64,000 nucleotides of DNA from Vicinamibacteria bacterium (GTDB lineage Bacteria; Acidobacteriota; Vicinamibacteria; Marinacidobacterales; Marinacidobacteraceae). The notes under the pieces are model-generated. The model did not search any database and was not told the DNA's origin. It saw only the letters and a list, made by a program, of their open reading frames with translations. Position 1 is the stretch's first letter. Each line of letters starts with the position of its first letter. Shown piece after piece: positions 38,945 through 49,511 of this stretch. Location: contig OZ220713.1 of assembly GCA_965116805.1 (NCBI GenBank), positions 145,724-209,723 on the forward strand. Reading direction: 5' to 3'. Position numbers and translations under genes: made by a program.

Positions 38945-40195
38945 TCAGTACCTGGGGACCCGGGGCGACGCGGCGGCGGCGCCGAAGATCCGGCGGTAAC
39001 GGCGGATCTCGGCGGGACTGCCGGTGCTCTTCCCCGGGTTGTCGCTGAGCTTGACGAGCGGCCGGCCGTTCGCCACCACCGGTTTCATGACCAGGGAGTA
39101 GTTGGGGACCCCGCAGTCGTTCGTCAGGTTGGTTCCCCAGCCGTAGGACACCCCGATCCGCCCGGCGAACCGTGCTTCCAGGCCGAGGATGTCGGGGAGT
39201 TCCAGGCCGTCACTGAAGACGAGGGATTTCGCCCTCGGGTCCACACCGAAGTCCTCATACCAGCGGATGGCCCGCTCCCCGAACGCGGCCGGATCGCCGG
39301 AGTCCTGCCGGACCCCGCGAAACCTCCGGGCGCGCGCTTCCCCGACGGCCGCGAAGAAGAACTCCGAGCCCCAGGTGTCCGTGAGAAAGAGCGAGAACGG
39401 CTCGCCGTACATGTCCCACCACGCATCCAGCATGCGGCGCTGCGACCCGCGGATGGAGTCGTCCGATCCATCTCCGGCCGCGGCGCCCACCATGAAGACC
39501 TCATGGGCGATGGTCCCGACCGGAACCAGGCCGTGCCGGAAAGCCGAAGCCACGCAGGAGGTGCCGATGAACTGCTCCGGCAGCGCCTCGGCGAGACGCT
39601 CCTCCAGCGCGAACTGCCAGGTCCGCGAGAACCGCCGGCGGGTGCCGAAGGAAGCGAAGCGGATCCCGGGATGTCCGCGGAGCGCGGCGATCTTCCCCTC
39701 GAGCCGCTCCCGGCCCACGGCTTCGGCCCGCGCCCGAGCCCCGGCGCCCGCCCCGGCGAGAGCGGCCCGCGAGAGGAGCTCGCTCAGCACCGAAAGCGCG
39801 AGCGTCTCCCAGAGGATCATCTCCGGCCAGGTGGATTCGACCTCGAGGCGGAGGTCGCCGTTCCTGACCTCGAGTTCGACCGGAGGCAAGCGGAGACGGC
39901 GGAGGAAGTCCAGGTAGTCGTCACCGAAGAGTCCGCGCGGCTCGAGCCCCCTGAGGTACTCGAGTTCCGCCGGGGCGAACGCCAGGGACCTGACGGCGTC
40001 GAGAGCATCCCGGAAGGCCTCTGCCGGTACGAGGTCCGCCAGCCGGACATCCGGCGTCCGGCAGAGGAGCCGGTATCGGACCCGCACCCCGGAGTGCCGC
40101 CGGAAGACAAACTGCCCCATCGTGAACTTGTAGAAGTCCACGTCGAGGAGGGAGGCGACCGGAGGTCCGGCCGTCAGGCCGGAAAGCCGGGCCAC
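38945..40195 (-). CDS. pncB: Nicotinate phosphoribosyltransferase
   Basis: 'LLDVDFYKFTMGQFV' N-terminal NAPRTase signature. 416 aa. 3' to the nicotinamidase gene. Confidence 0.7.
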   Translation of the reverse strand: MARLSGLTAGPPVASLLDVDFYKFTMGQFVFRRHSGVRVRYRLLCRTPDVRLADLVPAEAFRDALDAVRSLAFAPAELEYLRGLEPRGLFGDDYLDFLRRLRLPPVELEVRNGDLRLEVESTWPEMILWETLALSVLSELLSRAALAGAGAGARARAEAVGRERLEGKIAALRGHPGIRFASFGTRRRFSRTWQFALEERLAEALPEQFIGTSCVASAFRHGLVPVGTIAHEVFMVGAAAGDGSDDSIRGSQRRMLDAWWDMYGEPFSLFLTDTWGSEFFFAAVGEARARRFRGVRQDSGDPAAFGERAIRWYEDFGVDPRAKSLVFSDGLELPDILGLEARFAGRIGVSYGWGTNLTNDCGVPNYSLVMKPVVANGRPLVKLSDNPGKSTGSPAEIRRYRRIFGAAAASPRVPRY

Positions 40196-41214
40196 TCCTC
40201 GAGCGGGTCGGTGCTCCGCACCCGGACCATCCCCGCGCGCTCGAAATCGGCGAAAGCCGCGTCGGCGGCGTCGGTGAAGTCGGCGCCGGGGACCACGACC
40301 GGCGAGGTGGCGTCCTCGAGCAGGAACACCCGTCGGGCCAGCCCCCGGGTTCCCTCCGGATCCCGCCGCGCGATCTCGTCGCGCAGGTCGGACACCGTCC
40401 AGGCGACGCAGTGGCTCTTGGCCTGGCCGGCGACGATGAGGGCGTCGTACTCGAGCAGATGGTCGAGCAACTGCCGGTTCGGCTCCGCGATGGGGTTTCC
40501 GTCAGCGTCTTCGAGGACTTCGGGCCGCAGCACCGAGTAGTTCTCGGTCAGCGGGTTCAGGCCCTTGGGCTCGAATCGGGGCTGGGCCGACCGCGCGATC
40601 GAGTGGAAGAAGACGGCTTCCTCGATCGCGGGCACCACCGCGTGCCCGGCGCCGCCGAGCATGGCGTGATACGGCCAGACGACGAGCACGTACTTTCCCT
40701 GCGCCTCCAGCCGGCGGCAGTAGTGGAGCGCGTGGCGGGATAGAGCCTTCTCGTCGAGGCCGGCTCCCGCGGCCGCGTCGGGATTTACCCGGTAGCGGCC
40801 CGTTTCGAGGTCATCGGAGGTGATCTGCGTGTACGCGGCGGGTGGATTCCCGTCCCGGTCGAGGAAGAAGTGGGCGTGGAAGACCTGGATCGCCGTGTGG
40901 GTATCCAGCGTCAGGACGATCTCGCTGATCCGGCCCAGGTGCCCGTAGAGGAACTGGCAGAGGCGCCAAGAGTCCTTCACCGCACCGAGTCCCGATCGGC
41001 CGGCGACGAAGAGTTCGCCCCCGGGCAGGCAGAAGGTGTTCTGGCAGTCCACCAGCAGGAGGCCAACGCGTGGCGCATCGCCGGTGGCGGGAGTGAGCCC
41101 GTGCTGCCGGGCCCACGCGCGGGCTTCGGCGGCCCGGGCCTCGTAGGGGACCCGATAGAGCTGACCGACGCGCTCGGAATCGAAGAAATCGGGAATCGGA
41201 AGCGTTTCCGGCAT
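40174..41214 (-). CDS. pncA: Isochorismatase-fold nicotinamidase (PncA-like, long form)
   Basis: 'LLLVDCQNTFC' catalytic-Asp motif, 'SHCVAWT' catalytic Cys. Overlaps pncB by 22 nt. Confidence 0.6.
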   Translation of the reverse strand: MPETLPIPDFFDSERVGQLYRVPYEARAAEARAWARQHGLTPATGDAPRVGLLLVDCQNTFCLPGGELFVAGRSGLGAVKDSWRLCQFLYGHLGRISEIVLTLDTHTAIQVFHAHFFLDRDGNPPAAYTQITSDDLETGRYRVNPDAAAGAGLDEKALSRHALHYCRRLEAQGKYVLVVWPYHAMLGGAGHAVVPAIEEAVFFHSIARSAQPRFEPKGLNPLTENYSVLRPEVLEDADGNPIAEPNRQLLDHLLEYDALIVAGQAKSHCVAWTVSDLRDEIARRDPEGTRGLARRVFLLEDATSPVVVPGADFTDAADAAFADFERAGMVRVRSTDPLEEWPGFPA

Positions 41215-41262
41215 GGAAGAGAAACGGGGGGATTCGCCCCGGACGCTGTCGGTTTAGGCTAA

Positions 41263-42552
<1,290 letters not shown>

Positions 42553-42553
42553 G

Positions 42554-42700
42554 TCGGAGCGCCGGCCTCCGGCCGGCATCCGCCGGGCCCAGCCCAGCGG
42601 AACCGCACTCCGCTCCTCGCGCGCGGCACGTACGGCTTGGAACGCCGGCTTCAGCCGGCACGCGGCCCGCAGGGCCGTAGAGCGCGTACGGCCCGTGTAT
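42554..42700. repeat. GC-rich palindromic intergenic repeat (REP-like), copy 4 (full bipartite form: hairpin GCCGGCCTCCGGCCGGC plus hairpin GCCGGCTTCAGCCGGC)
   Basis: Directly after the serS stop, between convergent genes. Confidence 0.6.
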
Positions 42701-42729
42701 TCGGATGGCGCACCCGGCTTGCCCCACCG

Positions 42730-43893
42730 TCAGACCCGCCGCATCCTCGCGAAGAAGTCGATGTTCGAGTTCACGATGTACTCGCGCGCCGCGGCATTCG
42801 GCTCCAGCGACCACTCCCCCCGCTCGCCGGTCCCCCCGAGGATGATCCCGGAACTCCGCGGCTGCATGCTGAAACCGCCGACGCCCGGCGGCGCGCCGGG
42901 AGCGTTCCCGGACACCGCGTAGTTGATCTCCGACTGCGGAACGAGCACGGTGAGCTGTCCCTTCAGCGGCATCAGCTCGGGATCGGGGAACAGCTCCCCG
43001 GATCCGAGCCCGGTGCAGTTGATCACGAGCGATTCATCGAGCGCGACGAGTTCCCGGGCGTCCGTGAACCTGCGGATCACGATCCGCCCGCCGACCTCCA
43101 CGAAGTCGCGGACCAGCGCGTCCAGATAGGTCGCCGGCTCGATCCGCATGTAACTGCGCCGGGTTGCGTAGCGGGTGGGAAAGGGATGTTCCCCGGGGCC
43201 CAGCCGGAGCCGGCCGCTGATCAGGTGGTCGGGGAGGAGCGGTTCCCGCCGGCGAGGCCGCCGGCTCGCTGACGGATCGCGCGGCTCGATGTCGGTGGCC
43301 GTGTAGCGGTCGAGCCAGTCGATTCCGTACCCCCTGCCGACCAGCCACTGGAACTCGCGAAAGGAGATCTCGGCGGCGTCCCGGAACTGAACGTCGAACG
43401 CGGGCGTCCGCATGTTGTCGTCGACCAGCCAGGCGGCGGGAGTGAACCCCGCCCAAGCCATGTTCGAGGTCGTGTTCGGCGGCACCGACATGGCGTAGAT
43501 CGTCACGTCGAAGCCGCGGCGCTGGAGCTGACGCGCCGTCGCGAGTCCCACCGCTCCGCAGCCAATCACGGCGGCTTGGCGGCTCCGGTGCTCGAGCGCC
43601 ATTTCCGCCACCCGGCGTCCGGTGCCCCAGGAGAGCGAGATCCCTGACCCGCCGTGGCCGTAGTTGTGGAGGACGGCGGTGCCGTCGAGCTTGTCGGCAC
43701 GGAGCACGAACCCGGAGGGGCGGTACGGCCGAAGTCCGACGGTGGTGCGGATGATCCGGTTCCACGCCACGTTCACGATCGGCAGGCGGAACGCCGGCTC
43801 CCGTGGCAAGACGTCGGAGCGCGCCGCGCAGGCGCCGAGACCCGCGCCCAGCAGGCCGCCGCCGCCGAGTCTTAGCAGGGTCCGTCGGTCCAT
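42730..43893 (-). CDS. D-amino-acid-oxidase-like FAD flavoprotein, Tat-exported
   Basis: 'MDRRTLLRLGGGGLLGAGLGA' Tat signal. 'AVIGCGAVGLATA'. 'HNYGHGGSGISLSWG' matches the DAAO signature. Confidence 0.65.
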   Translation of the reverse strand: MDRRTLLRLGGGGLLGAGLGACAARSDVLPREPAFRLPIVNVAWNRIIRTTVGLRPYRPSGFVLRADKLDGTAVLHNYGHGGSGISLSWGTGRRVAEMALEHRSRQAAVIGCGAVGLATARQLQRRGFDVTIYAMSVPPNTTSNMAWAGFTPAAWLVDDNMRTPAFDVQFRDAAEISFREFQWLVGRGYGIDWLDRYTATDIEPRDPSASRRPRRREPLLPDHLISGRLRLGPGEHPFPTRYATRRSYMRIEPATYLDALVRDFVEVGGRIVIRRFTDARELVALDESLVINCTGLGSGELFPDPELMPLKGQLTVLVPQSEINYAVSGNAPGAPPGVGGFSMQPRSSGIILGGTGERGEWSLEPNAAAREYIVNSNIDFFARMRRV

Positions 43894-44099
43894 CGTCGTT
43901 GCCGCCGGGAGCGGCGGGCAACAGTAGCAGGCCGGCTCCACGCCCGGCATTCGGGTTTCCTGCCTGCCTGGGCCGAAATCAGCCGCCCGGGTTGGTACTC
44001 TCCTGACTGTGACATCTGTAATGGACAGGTGTCACCCGAGATCTTTCGCGGCGGGCTCTCCCGCCGGCACGAGTTGCTCGTCGAGAGGAGAGCCCAACA

Positions 44100-45215
44100 A
44101 TGCACCAGCTTGCGGCGGTATCGGTCTGCCTCCTTGCTCTCGTCGGGTGCGGTAGCGATGGCGCGCCCGCCGCTCCAGCGTCCCCAGCCGCGGCGCCCAC
44201 GACGCCCGCACCACCGGCACCGCCACCCGCCCCGGACCCTCCGGCTGCCCCCGCCGGACTCCGCGTCTCGGAGGCCGGCGGTGATTTCATCGAATGGACC
44301 TGGAACGCCGTATCGGGGGTCAGCGGTTACCAGGTCCAGTACAGCCCCGACGACGCGTTCACCGATGCGGATGAGGTGATCGACCGGGCGGCCGACCAAA
44401 CCTCGTATCGGCGGGAGGATCTTCCCGCAGGAACGACCGCCCACCTGCGTGTCCGGTCCGCCAGCGGGATGGGGGAAGAGCTGATCCATGGCGCATGGTC
44501 CATGCACGCAACCGGGATGACCGCGGCTCCCCCACCCCCGGCCACCGCAACGACCTGGCGCGGACTGACGGTCGCCCCGGAGGAACGCTGTGCGCCATAC
44601 GACGCCGATGACTACCGCTACCCGCAGTCCGTCGAGAACAGCGTCGTGCGCGACCTGGGCGGGATCTACAGCCCTTATACCTGCGAGAGCTTCGACTCTA
44701 TCCGGGAAACCGACATCGAGCACATCGTGGCGCGCTCGGAGGCCCACGATTCGGGCCTCTGCGGGGCCGACGCCGCGACGCGGACCCGCTTCGCGCGGGA
44801 CCTACTCAATCTCACGTTGGCATCGCCAGCCGTGAACCGCCGGGAGAAAGTGGCCCACGACGCGGCGGAATGGCTGCCGGACCAGAACCGCTGTTGGTTC
44901 GCCCAGCGGGTCTTGGACGTTCGTCTCGCGTATGGATTGACGATCGATCAGGCCGAAGCCGATGCGCTCGACGGGATTCTCACCTCCTGCCAATCCACGG
45001 AGATTTCCTGCGACCTCACCCGGCCCCCTGCCGTAGCCGAGGCGCCACCAGTTCAGGCTTTTCCGAACTGCAACGCCATGCGCCAGGCGGGATGGACCCG
45101 CGGCGTGAACCGCGACGGCGGGACCTACCAGGCGGCGTGGGACGAGGCTGAGAAGCGGACCTACGCGCTGAACACGGCGCGAGACCGCGATGGCGACGGG
45201 CACGCCTGTGAGTGA
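44100..45215 (+). CDS. Lipoprotein with Fn3-like domain, DUF1524 (GmrSD-C-terminal HNH-like nuclease-related) domain and C-terminal Excalibur calcium-binding motif
   Basis: Lipobox 'LALVGCGS'. Pro/Ala linker. 'TDIEHIVARSEAHDSG..NLTLASPAVNRREK' (DUF1524-like). C-terminal 'DRDGDGHACE' (Excalibur). Confidence 0.55.
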   Translation: MHQLAAVSVCLLALVGCGSDGAPAAPASPAAAPTTPAPPAPPPAPDPPAAPAGLRVSEAGGDFIEWTWNAVSGVSGYQVQYSPDDAFTDADEVIDRAADQTSYRREDLPAGTTAHLRVRSASGMGEELIHGAWSMHATGMTAAPPPPATATTWRGLTVAPEERCAPYDADDYRYPQSVENSVVRDLGGIYSPYTCESFDSIRETDIEHIVARSEAHDSGLCGADAATRTRFARDLLNLTLASPAVNRREKVAHDAAEWLPDQNRCWFAQRVLDVRLAYGLTIDQAEADALDGILTSCQSTEISCDLTRPPAVAEAPPVQAFPNCNAMRQAGWTRGVNRDGGTYQAAWDEAEKRTYALNTARDRDGDGHACE

Positions 45216-46639
45216 CCGGGTTGCGGGCCTTCCCGCGTAACGGGCATGCTCGGGGCGTGGCTGCCTCGACACCGTCGCTCCCCCGTCTGACGCTCGTGAT
45301 CACCGCCCTGCTGGCGACGGTGTGCAGTGCTCACGAAGCCGTCAGTCAGAGCACCTACATCCTCGCGACGGGGCGGCGGTTGCCGTACCTCTACGCGGTT
45401 TCTCTTGACCGCGCCGTCGATCCGGCGAACGACAACACCCCGAACGCGGTCGTCAGTCGCGCCAAGGTGGCGCTCGACCGGCTGGACGGTCAACCGCTGG
45501 GCGATCCCGCCAATCTGGTCGTGAACGAGGACGGCGGCACCGTGTATGTGGTCAATCACCATGGCGCCATCGACAACGTCGAGTTCCGGCAACACGGTGG
45601 CCGGGGAATGATCGCGGTGCTGGACGTGGACGAAGTCCTCGATCCGGACAACGACAAGACAGCCAGCGCCCTCAGGCGGCACCTTGACTCGGGCGGCTTC
45701 GGCGCGCTCGGCGTCGTCCTGCTGCCCGACATGCTGATCGTCGGCAACGCCGAGAACCACCTGACCGAGGACGGCGGAAATCGCATCACGTTCATCGATC
45801 GACGGACGGGAAGTCTCCGCGCTACGGTGGAGTTGGCGCTCGGCTCACCCGGGTTCGCCTGCGAGGAGTACCCGGTCCCCCACGCCGCTCCCTACGGGCC
45901 GCCCGGGAATCTGGCCGTACTTGCCCCAGGTCCCCACCTGGGGTGTTTCCCGAATCCGAACGGGCTGGCGCTCGGACGCTCGAGCGATGGCGGCGAGTAC
46001 GTGTTTTCCGCCAACGGCGGCACGAACGACGTGTCGGTGATTTCCCTCGCTCGCGCTCTTGAAGGCGATCGGCGCGCGGAACTCGGCCGGATCCCGATGC
46101 AGGTCGGCCCCTGGGGCATCACGGCGACACCCGACGGGCGCCACGTCATCGTTGCCAACGGAGGAAGCCAGCGCGAGAGCCGGTCGGGGAACACGATTTC
46201 GATCATCGATGTCGATCGGGCGAGCGCCGGTGACGAAGACGCCGAGGTCGCGCGCATCCTGGTAGGGACGGATGATCCCGAGGAGCAGACACATCCGCTC
46301 ATACCGTCCGTGACCCCGGACGGGAGAGAGGTGATCGTCCCGAACGTTCGCGCCGACAACGTGTCGATCGTGAGTTTGGAACTGACGCTGGCCGGCAATC
46401 CCGACGCGGAGGTCGCGCGCATTCCGCTGAGCCGGGCGGACGGACGGCCCGCCCGCCCGAAGGGTTCGGCGATCACTTCCGATGGCCGCTACGTGGTGAT
46501 CAGCGGAGGGCCGGGGTCGCAGCCGTTCTCCGAGGAGACCGGGTACGTCTATGTGATCGATCTTGGAGCGCGCCGCGTCGTAGGCACGGTGACCGGCGTT
46601 GGTAACGATCCGTACAACCTGGCCCTCGTACGAAGGTAG
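45212..46639 (+). CDS. Secreted beta-propeller repeat protein (YVTN/lactonase-like repeats)
   Basis: Signal peptide. Repeated 'DG..VYVVNH' and 'TPDGRHVIVANGG' blade-like units. GTG start overlapping the upstream stop. Confidence 0.5.
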   Translation: MTGLRAFPRNGHARGVAASTPSLPRLTLVITALLATVCSAHEAVSQSTYILATGRRLPYLYAVSLDRAVDPANDNTPNAVVSRAKVALDRLDGQPLGDPANLVVNEDGGTVYVVNHHGAIDNVEFRQHGGRGMIAVLDVDEVLDPDNDKTASALRRHLDSGGFGALGVVLLPDMLIVGNAENHLTEDGGNRITFIDRRTGSLRATVELALGSPGFACEEYPVPHAAPYGPPGNLAVLAPGPHLGCFPNPNGLALGRSSDGGEYVFSANGGTNDVSVISLARALEGDRRAELGRIPMQVGPWGITATPDGRHVIVANGGSQRESRSGNTISIIDVDRASAGDEDAEVARILVGTDDPEEQTHPLIPSVTPDGREVIVPNVRADNVSIVSLELTLAGNPDAEVARIPLSRADGRPARPKGSAITSDGRYVVISGGPGSQPFSEETGYVYVIDLGARRVVGTVTGVGNDPYNLALVRR

Positions 46640-46644
46640 CGGCG

Positions 46645-46705
46645 GCACGCCGGGCGCGTACTACGCTGGCCTTCGGCCAGCGGTGCCGGTCTGAAGACCG
46701 GCGCT
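46645..46705. repeat. GC-rich palindromic intergenic repeat (REP-like), copy 6 (variant hairpins CTGGCCTTCGGCCAG and CCGGTCTGAAGACCGG)
   Basis: Between the propeller gene and tRNA-Ser(TGA). Confidence 0.5.
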
Positions 46706-46709
46706 CCCG

Positions 46710-46794
46710 CGGAGGGGGAGGGATTCGAACCCCCGGACCCTTTCGGGCCAGTGGTTTTCAAGACCACCGCCTTAAGCCGCTCGGCCACCCCTCC
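46710..46794 (-). tRNA. tRNA-Ser (anticodon TGA)
   Basis: The reverse complement reads GGAGGGGTGGCCGAGCGG...CTTGAAAACC...long variable arm...GGGTTCGAATCCC...CCCCTCC-G. Perfect 7-bp acceptor stem. CCA not encoded. Confidence 0.8.
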
Positions 46795-46825
46795 GGTGAC
46801 TGCCGCCGGGCAGGCGCCGCGCTGG

Positions 46826-47752
46826 TTACTCCGGCTTCGGAAGGGCGTCCAGCATCGCCTGCGCCTGCGCCGCGGCGGCGCTTTCCGGCTCCACCTCGAT
46901 CGCCATCTCGAACTGTTCGGCGGCAGCCGGGAAGTCGCCCATGTTCAGGTAGACGATGCCGATCTGGACAAACGGCTCGGCCCAGTCCGCGCGCCGGTCG
47001 GCGGCGATCATGTAGTACTCGATCGCCTTGTCCGTTTCGCCGTTCTGGAAGGAAATCTGCGCCACGTTGTAGGGGATGACCTCGTCCTCGGTGGAATCGA
47101 CCGCCTGCTCCCAGTAGGCGAGCGCCCCGTTCATGTCCGAGTCGGCCATCGCCATTTCGCCCAGTGACACGAGAGCCGCCGCGTTCCCGGGTTCCTGGTC
47201 CAGCACGATCTGGAAGGCCGCTCTCGCTTCATCCGGCCGGCCGAGCTCGCGGAGTACCGCGGCCCGGTTCAGGTTGATCTGGTACACCGTCGGATCGGCC
47301 GTGAGGACCTCGTCGTACATCGCGAGCGCCTCGTCGAAGCGCCCGGCCTGGTGCAGTTCCTGAGCCTCCGCCAGCAGGCCGCCGCCGGTGCCCGCGGACC
47401 GTCCCATCTGGGCGCGCTCGAGAATGAGGTCCATGTCGGGGTTCTTCCCCGCCTGGCGCATCGGCGCCTGATAGTTGTAGGGCATGAAGCCCGGCGCCTG
47501 GACCGAGAAGTCGTAGGCCCGGGACCGGAAGCCGAGGATGGCCCAGCGGCCGCGCTCGTCGGTGGTGGCCTCGAGGACCCGCCCCGAGTCACCGGCCTGT
47601 GCGGTGACGGTCGCCCCTTCGATGGGGTTCCCCTCCTGATCCTTCACCGTTCCGGACACCCGGCCGGTACCCATCTGGGCCATTGCCGTCTGCGCGACAA
47701 AGAGCAGGCCGAGCGCAACGAGTCCGGCCTTGCGAATCGTGTTTTTTCTCAT
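46826..47752 (-). CDS. Secreted protein with carboxypeptidase-regulatory-like domain followed by TPR repeats
   Basis: Signal 'MRKNTIRKAGLVALGLLFVAQTAMA'. 'GRVSGTVKDQEGNPIEGATVTA' (CarbopepD_reg-like). Several TPR units. GGAGA SD. Confidence 0.55.
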   Translation of the reverse strand: MRKNTIRKAGLVALGLLFVAQTAMAQMGTGRVSGTVKDQEGNPIEGATVTAQAGDSGRVLEATTDERGRWAILGFRSRAYDFSVQAPGFMPYNYQAPMRQAGKNPDMDLILERAQMGRSAGTGGGLLAEAQELHQAGRFDEALAMYDEVLTADPTVYQINLNRAAVLRELGRPDEARAAFQIVLDQEPGNAAALVSLGEMAMADSDMNGALAYWEQAVDSTEDEVIPYNVAQISFQNGETDKAIEYYMIAADRRADWAEPFVQIGIVYLNMGDFPAAAEQFEMAIEVEPESAAAAQAQAMLDALPKPE

Positions 47753-47820
47753 CGGAGATCTCCTTCGCCTCGGGCGTCGGGGCTCCCTTCGGGCGGACGC
47801 CCCTTCCGCCCACACCCGGC

Positions 47821-47895
47821 TGGCTGGGAAGCAGGGACTCGAACCCCGATTCCACGGTCCAGAGCCGTGTGTCCTGCCATTGGACGACTTCCCAG
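47821..47895 (-). tRNA. tRNA-Gln (anticodon CTG)
   Basis: The reverse complement reads TGGGAAGTCGTCCAATGG...CTCTGGA...GGGTTCGAGTCCC...CTTCCCAGCCA. U1-A72 start typical of tRNA-Gln. CCA encoded. Confidence 0.85.
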
Positions 47896-48014
47896 TGTTG
47901 CGGGAACACATGAGGATAGCAGGATTCGATGTCGTACGCCGGCCTGACGCGGTCGTGATTCCACCGGTGTACCATGCCCCATCCGGCGGCGAAACTACCG
48001 CCTTGTCTGGCGTT

Positions 48015-48101
48015 GGAGAGGTGCTGGAGTGGCTGAACAGGGCTGCCTGCTAAGCAGTTGCGCGGGATACCGCGCCGAGGGTTCGAATCCCTCCCTCCCG
48101 C
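48015..48101 (+). tRNA. tRNA-Ser (anticodon GCT) with imperfect acceptor stem; probable attachment site (attL) of the downstream integrated element
   Basis: GGAGAGGTGCTGGAGTGGCTGAACAGG. Anticodon loop CTGCTAA. Long variable arm GCGCGGGATACCGCGC. T-arm GAGGGTTCGAATCCCTC. The 3' acceptor strand CCTCCCG gives G1.G72 and A3.C70 mismatches. Confidence 0.65.
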
Positions 48102-48241
48102 CGCCGGGGTGGTTCTCGCGTTCGTTCCTGTTCCCAAGAATGAGTTGTAATACCCCACATTTCAACATCTTATGATCTTGCGGCGTTCGGTCGCTTCCTC
48201 TATAGTCCCGTATGGCGCGTGGGACAACGCGTTGGGTAACT

Positions 48242-49387
48242 ATGGGAACATTGACTGTCGCGCGGGCCAAATCGCTCTCTGAACCCGGCCTCTACCGAGC
48301 GGACCCGACGCTCTACCTCCGGATCGCGCCCGGCGGATCGAAGTCGTGGGTTCAGCGGCTGACGATCGAAGGGCGTCGTCACGATCTCGGGTTGGGCGGC
48401 TTTCCGCTGGTAACTCTTGCCGAGGCGCGAGCCAAGGCATACGACAACCGACGGCTCGCCCGCTCCGGAGGCGATCCGCTCGCTGCGAAGCGTCGCGCCA
48501 AGACGCCGACCTTCCGGCAGGCGGCGTCGCGGACGTGCGACGCTCTCCGTCCACGCTGGCGGAACCACAAGCACGCGACGGACTGGATGGCGACCCTGGA
48601 GCGCCACGCCTATCCGGTGATCGGCGATATGAGCGTGGACCGAATCCGCCGAGAGGACGTGTTGCGGACGCTGACCCCGATTTGGACACACCGCCCGGAG
48701 ACGGCGCGACGCGTCCGCCAGCGAATGCGTGCCGTGCTGCGCTGGTGTTGGGCGCACGGCCACGTAGCGGAGAACGTCGCTGGAGAAGGGATCGACGGCG
48801 CGCTGCCGAAGATGCCGGCGGTCAGACAGCACTTCCGTGCGCTGCCGTATTCGGAGGTCGCGTCCGCGCTGGAAACGGTGGAGGCGTCACGAGCGAGCAA
48901 GGCGGCGAAACTCTGCCTCCGGTTCCTTGTCCTGACCGCGGCACGATCCGGCGAAGCTCGCGGGGCGACGTGGGCGGAGGTTGACGCGGAAGCACGGGAA
49001 TGGCGCATTCCGGGTGATCGCATGAAGCGGGGTGCGGAGCATCGGGTTCCGCTGAGCGATGCCGCGCTGGGTGTTCTCGAGCGGGCGCGGCCACTGGACG
49101 ATGGGAGCGGACTGATCTTCCCGTCAGCCCTGAGGCCGGGACACTCCCTTTCCAACATGACTCTCACGAAGATCCTGCGGGACCAGGGCCTCGCCGGCCG
49201 GACGACCGTCCACGGGTTCCGAAGCGCGTTTCGCGACTGGTGCGCGGAGACGGGTAAGCCCCGCGAGATCGCCGAGGCCGCGCTCGCCCATACGGTCGGG
49301 GGAGTGGAGGGGGCCTACTTTCGAAGCGATCTGTTCGCACGACGCCGCGTGCTCATGGACCAGTGGTCGGCCTTTGTGACTCGATAA
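48242..49387 (+). CDS. int: Tyrosine-type site-specific integrase (P4-like, DUF4102 N-terminal domain)
   Basis: 'LTVARAKSL.EPGLYRADPTLYLRIAPGGSKSWVQRL' arm-binding domain. Catalytic 'HGFRSAFRDW' and 'LAHTVGGVEGAYFRSD'. Immediately 3' of tRNA-Ser. In-frame alternative start at 48212. Confidence 0.85.
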   Translation: MGTLTVARAKSLSEPGLYRADPTLYLRIAPGGSKSWVQRLTIEGRRHDLGLGGFPLVTLAEARAKAYDNRRLARSGGDPLAAKRRAKTPTFRQAASRTCDALRPRWRNHKHATDWMATLERHAYPVIGDMSVDRIRREDVLRTLTPIWTHRPETARRVRQRMRAVLRWCWAHGHVAENVAGEGIDGALPKMPAVRQHFRALPYSEVASALETVEASRASKAAKLCLRFLVLTAARSGEARGATWAEVDAEAREWRIPGDRMKRGAEHRVPLSDAALGVLERARPLDDGSGLIFPSALRPGHSLSNMTLTKILRDQGLAGRTTVHGFRSAFRDWCAETGKPREIAEAALAHTVGGVEGAYFRSDLFARRRVLMDQWSAFVTR

Positions 49388-49511
49388 ACCATTGATTCAA
49401 TAGGATGTTATGCGATGTTCCAAACCCTGGTATCACGTCGTTTGTCACTCACGCTCTCCGATGCGGTGATTGAGCTCAACGCGGTCCTGCGAAGCGAATC
49501 GCCATCGATGA

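Noticed and set aside
38642-40540. 632-aa plus-strand ORF over pncB/pncA
   Set aside because: Antisense to two minus-strand genes with clear NAPRTase and nicotinamidase motifs.
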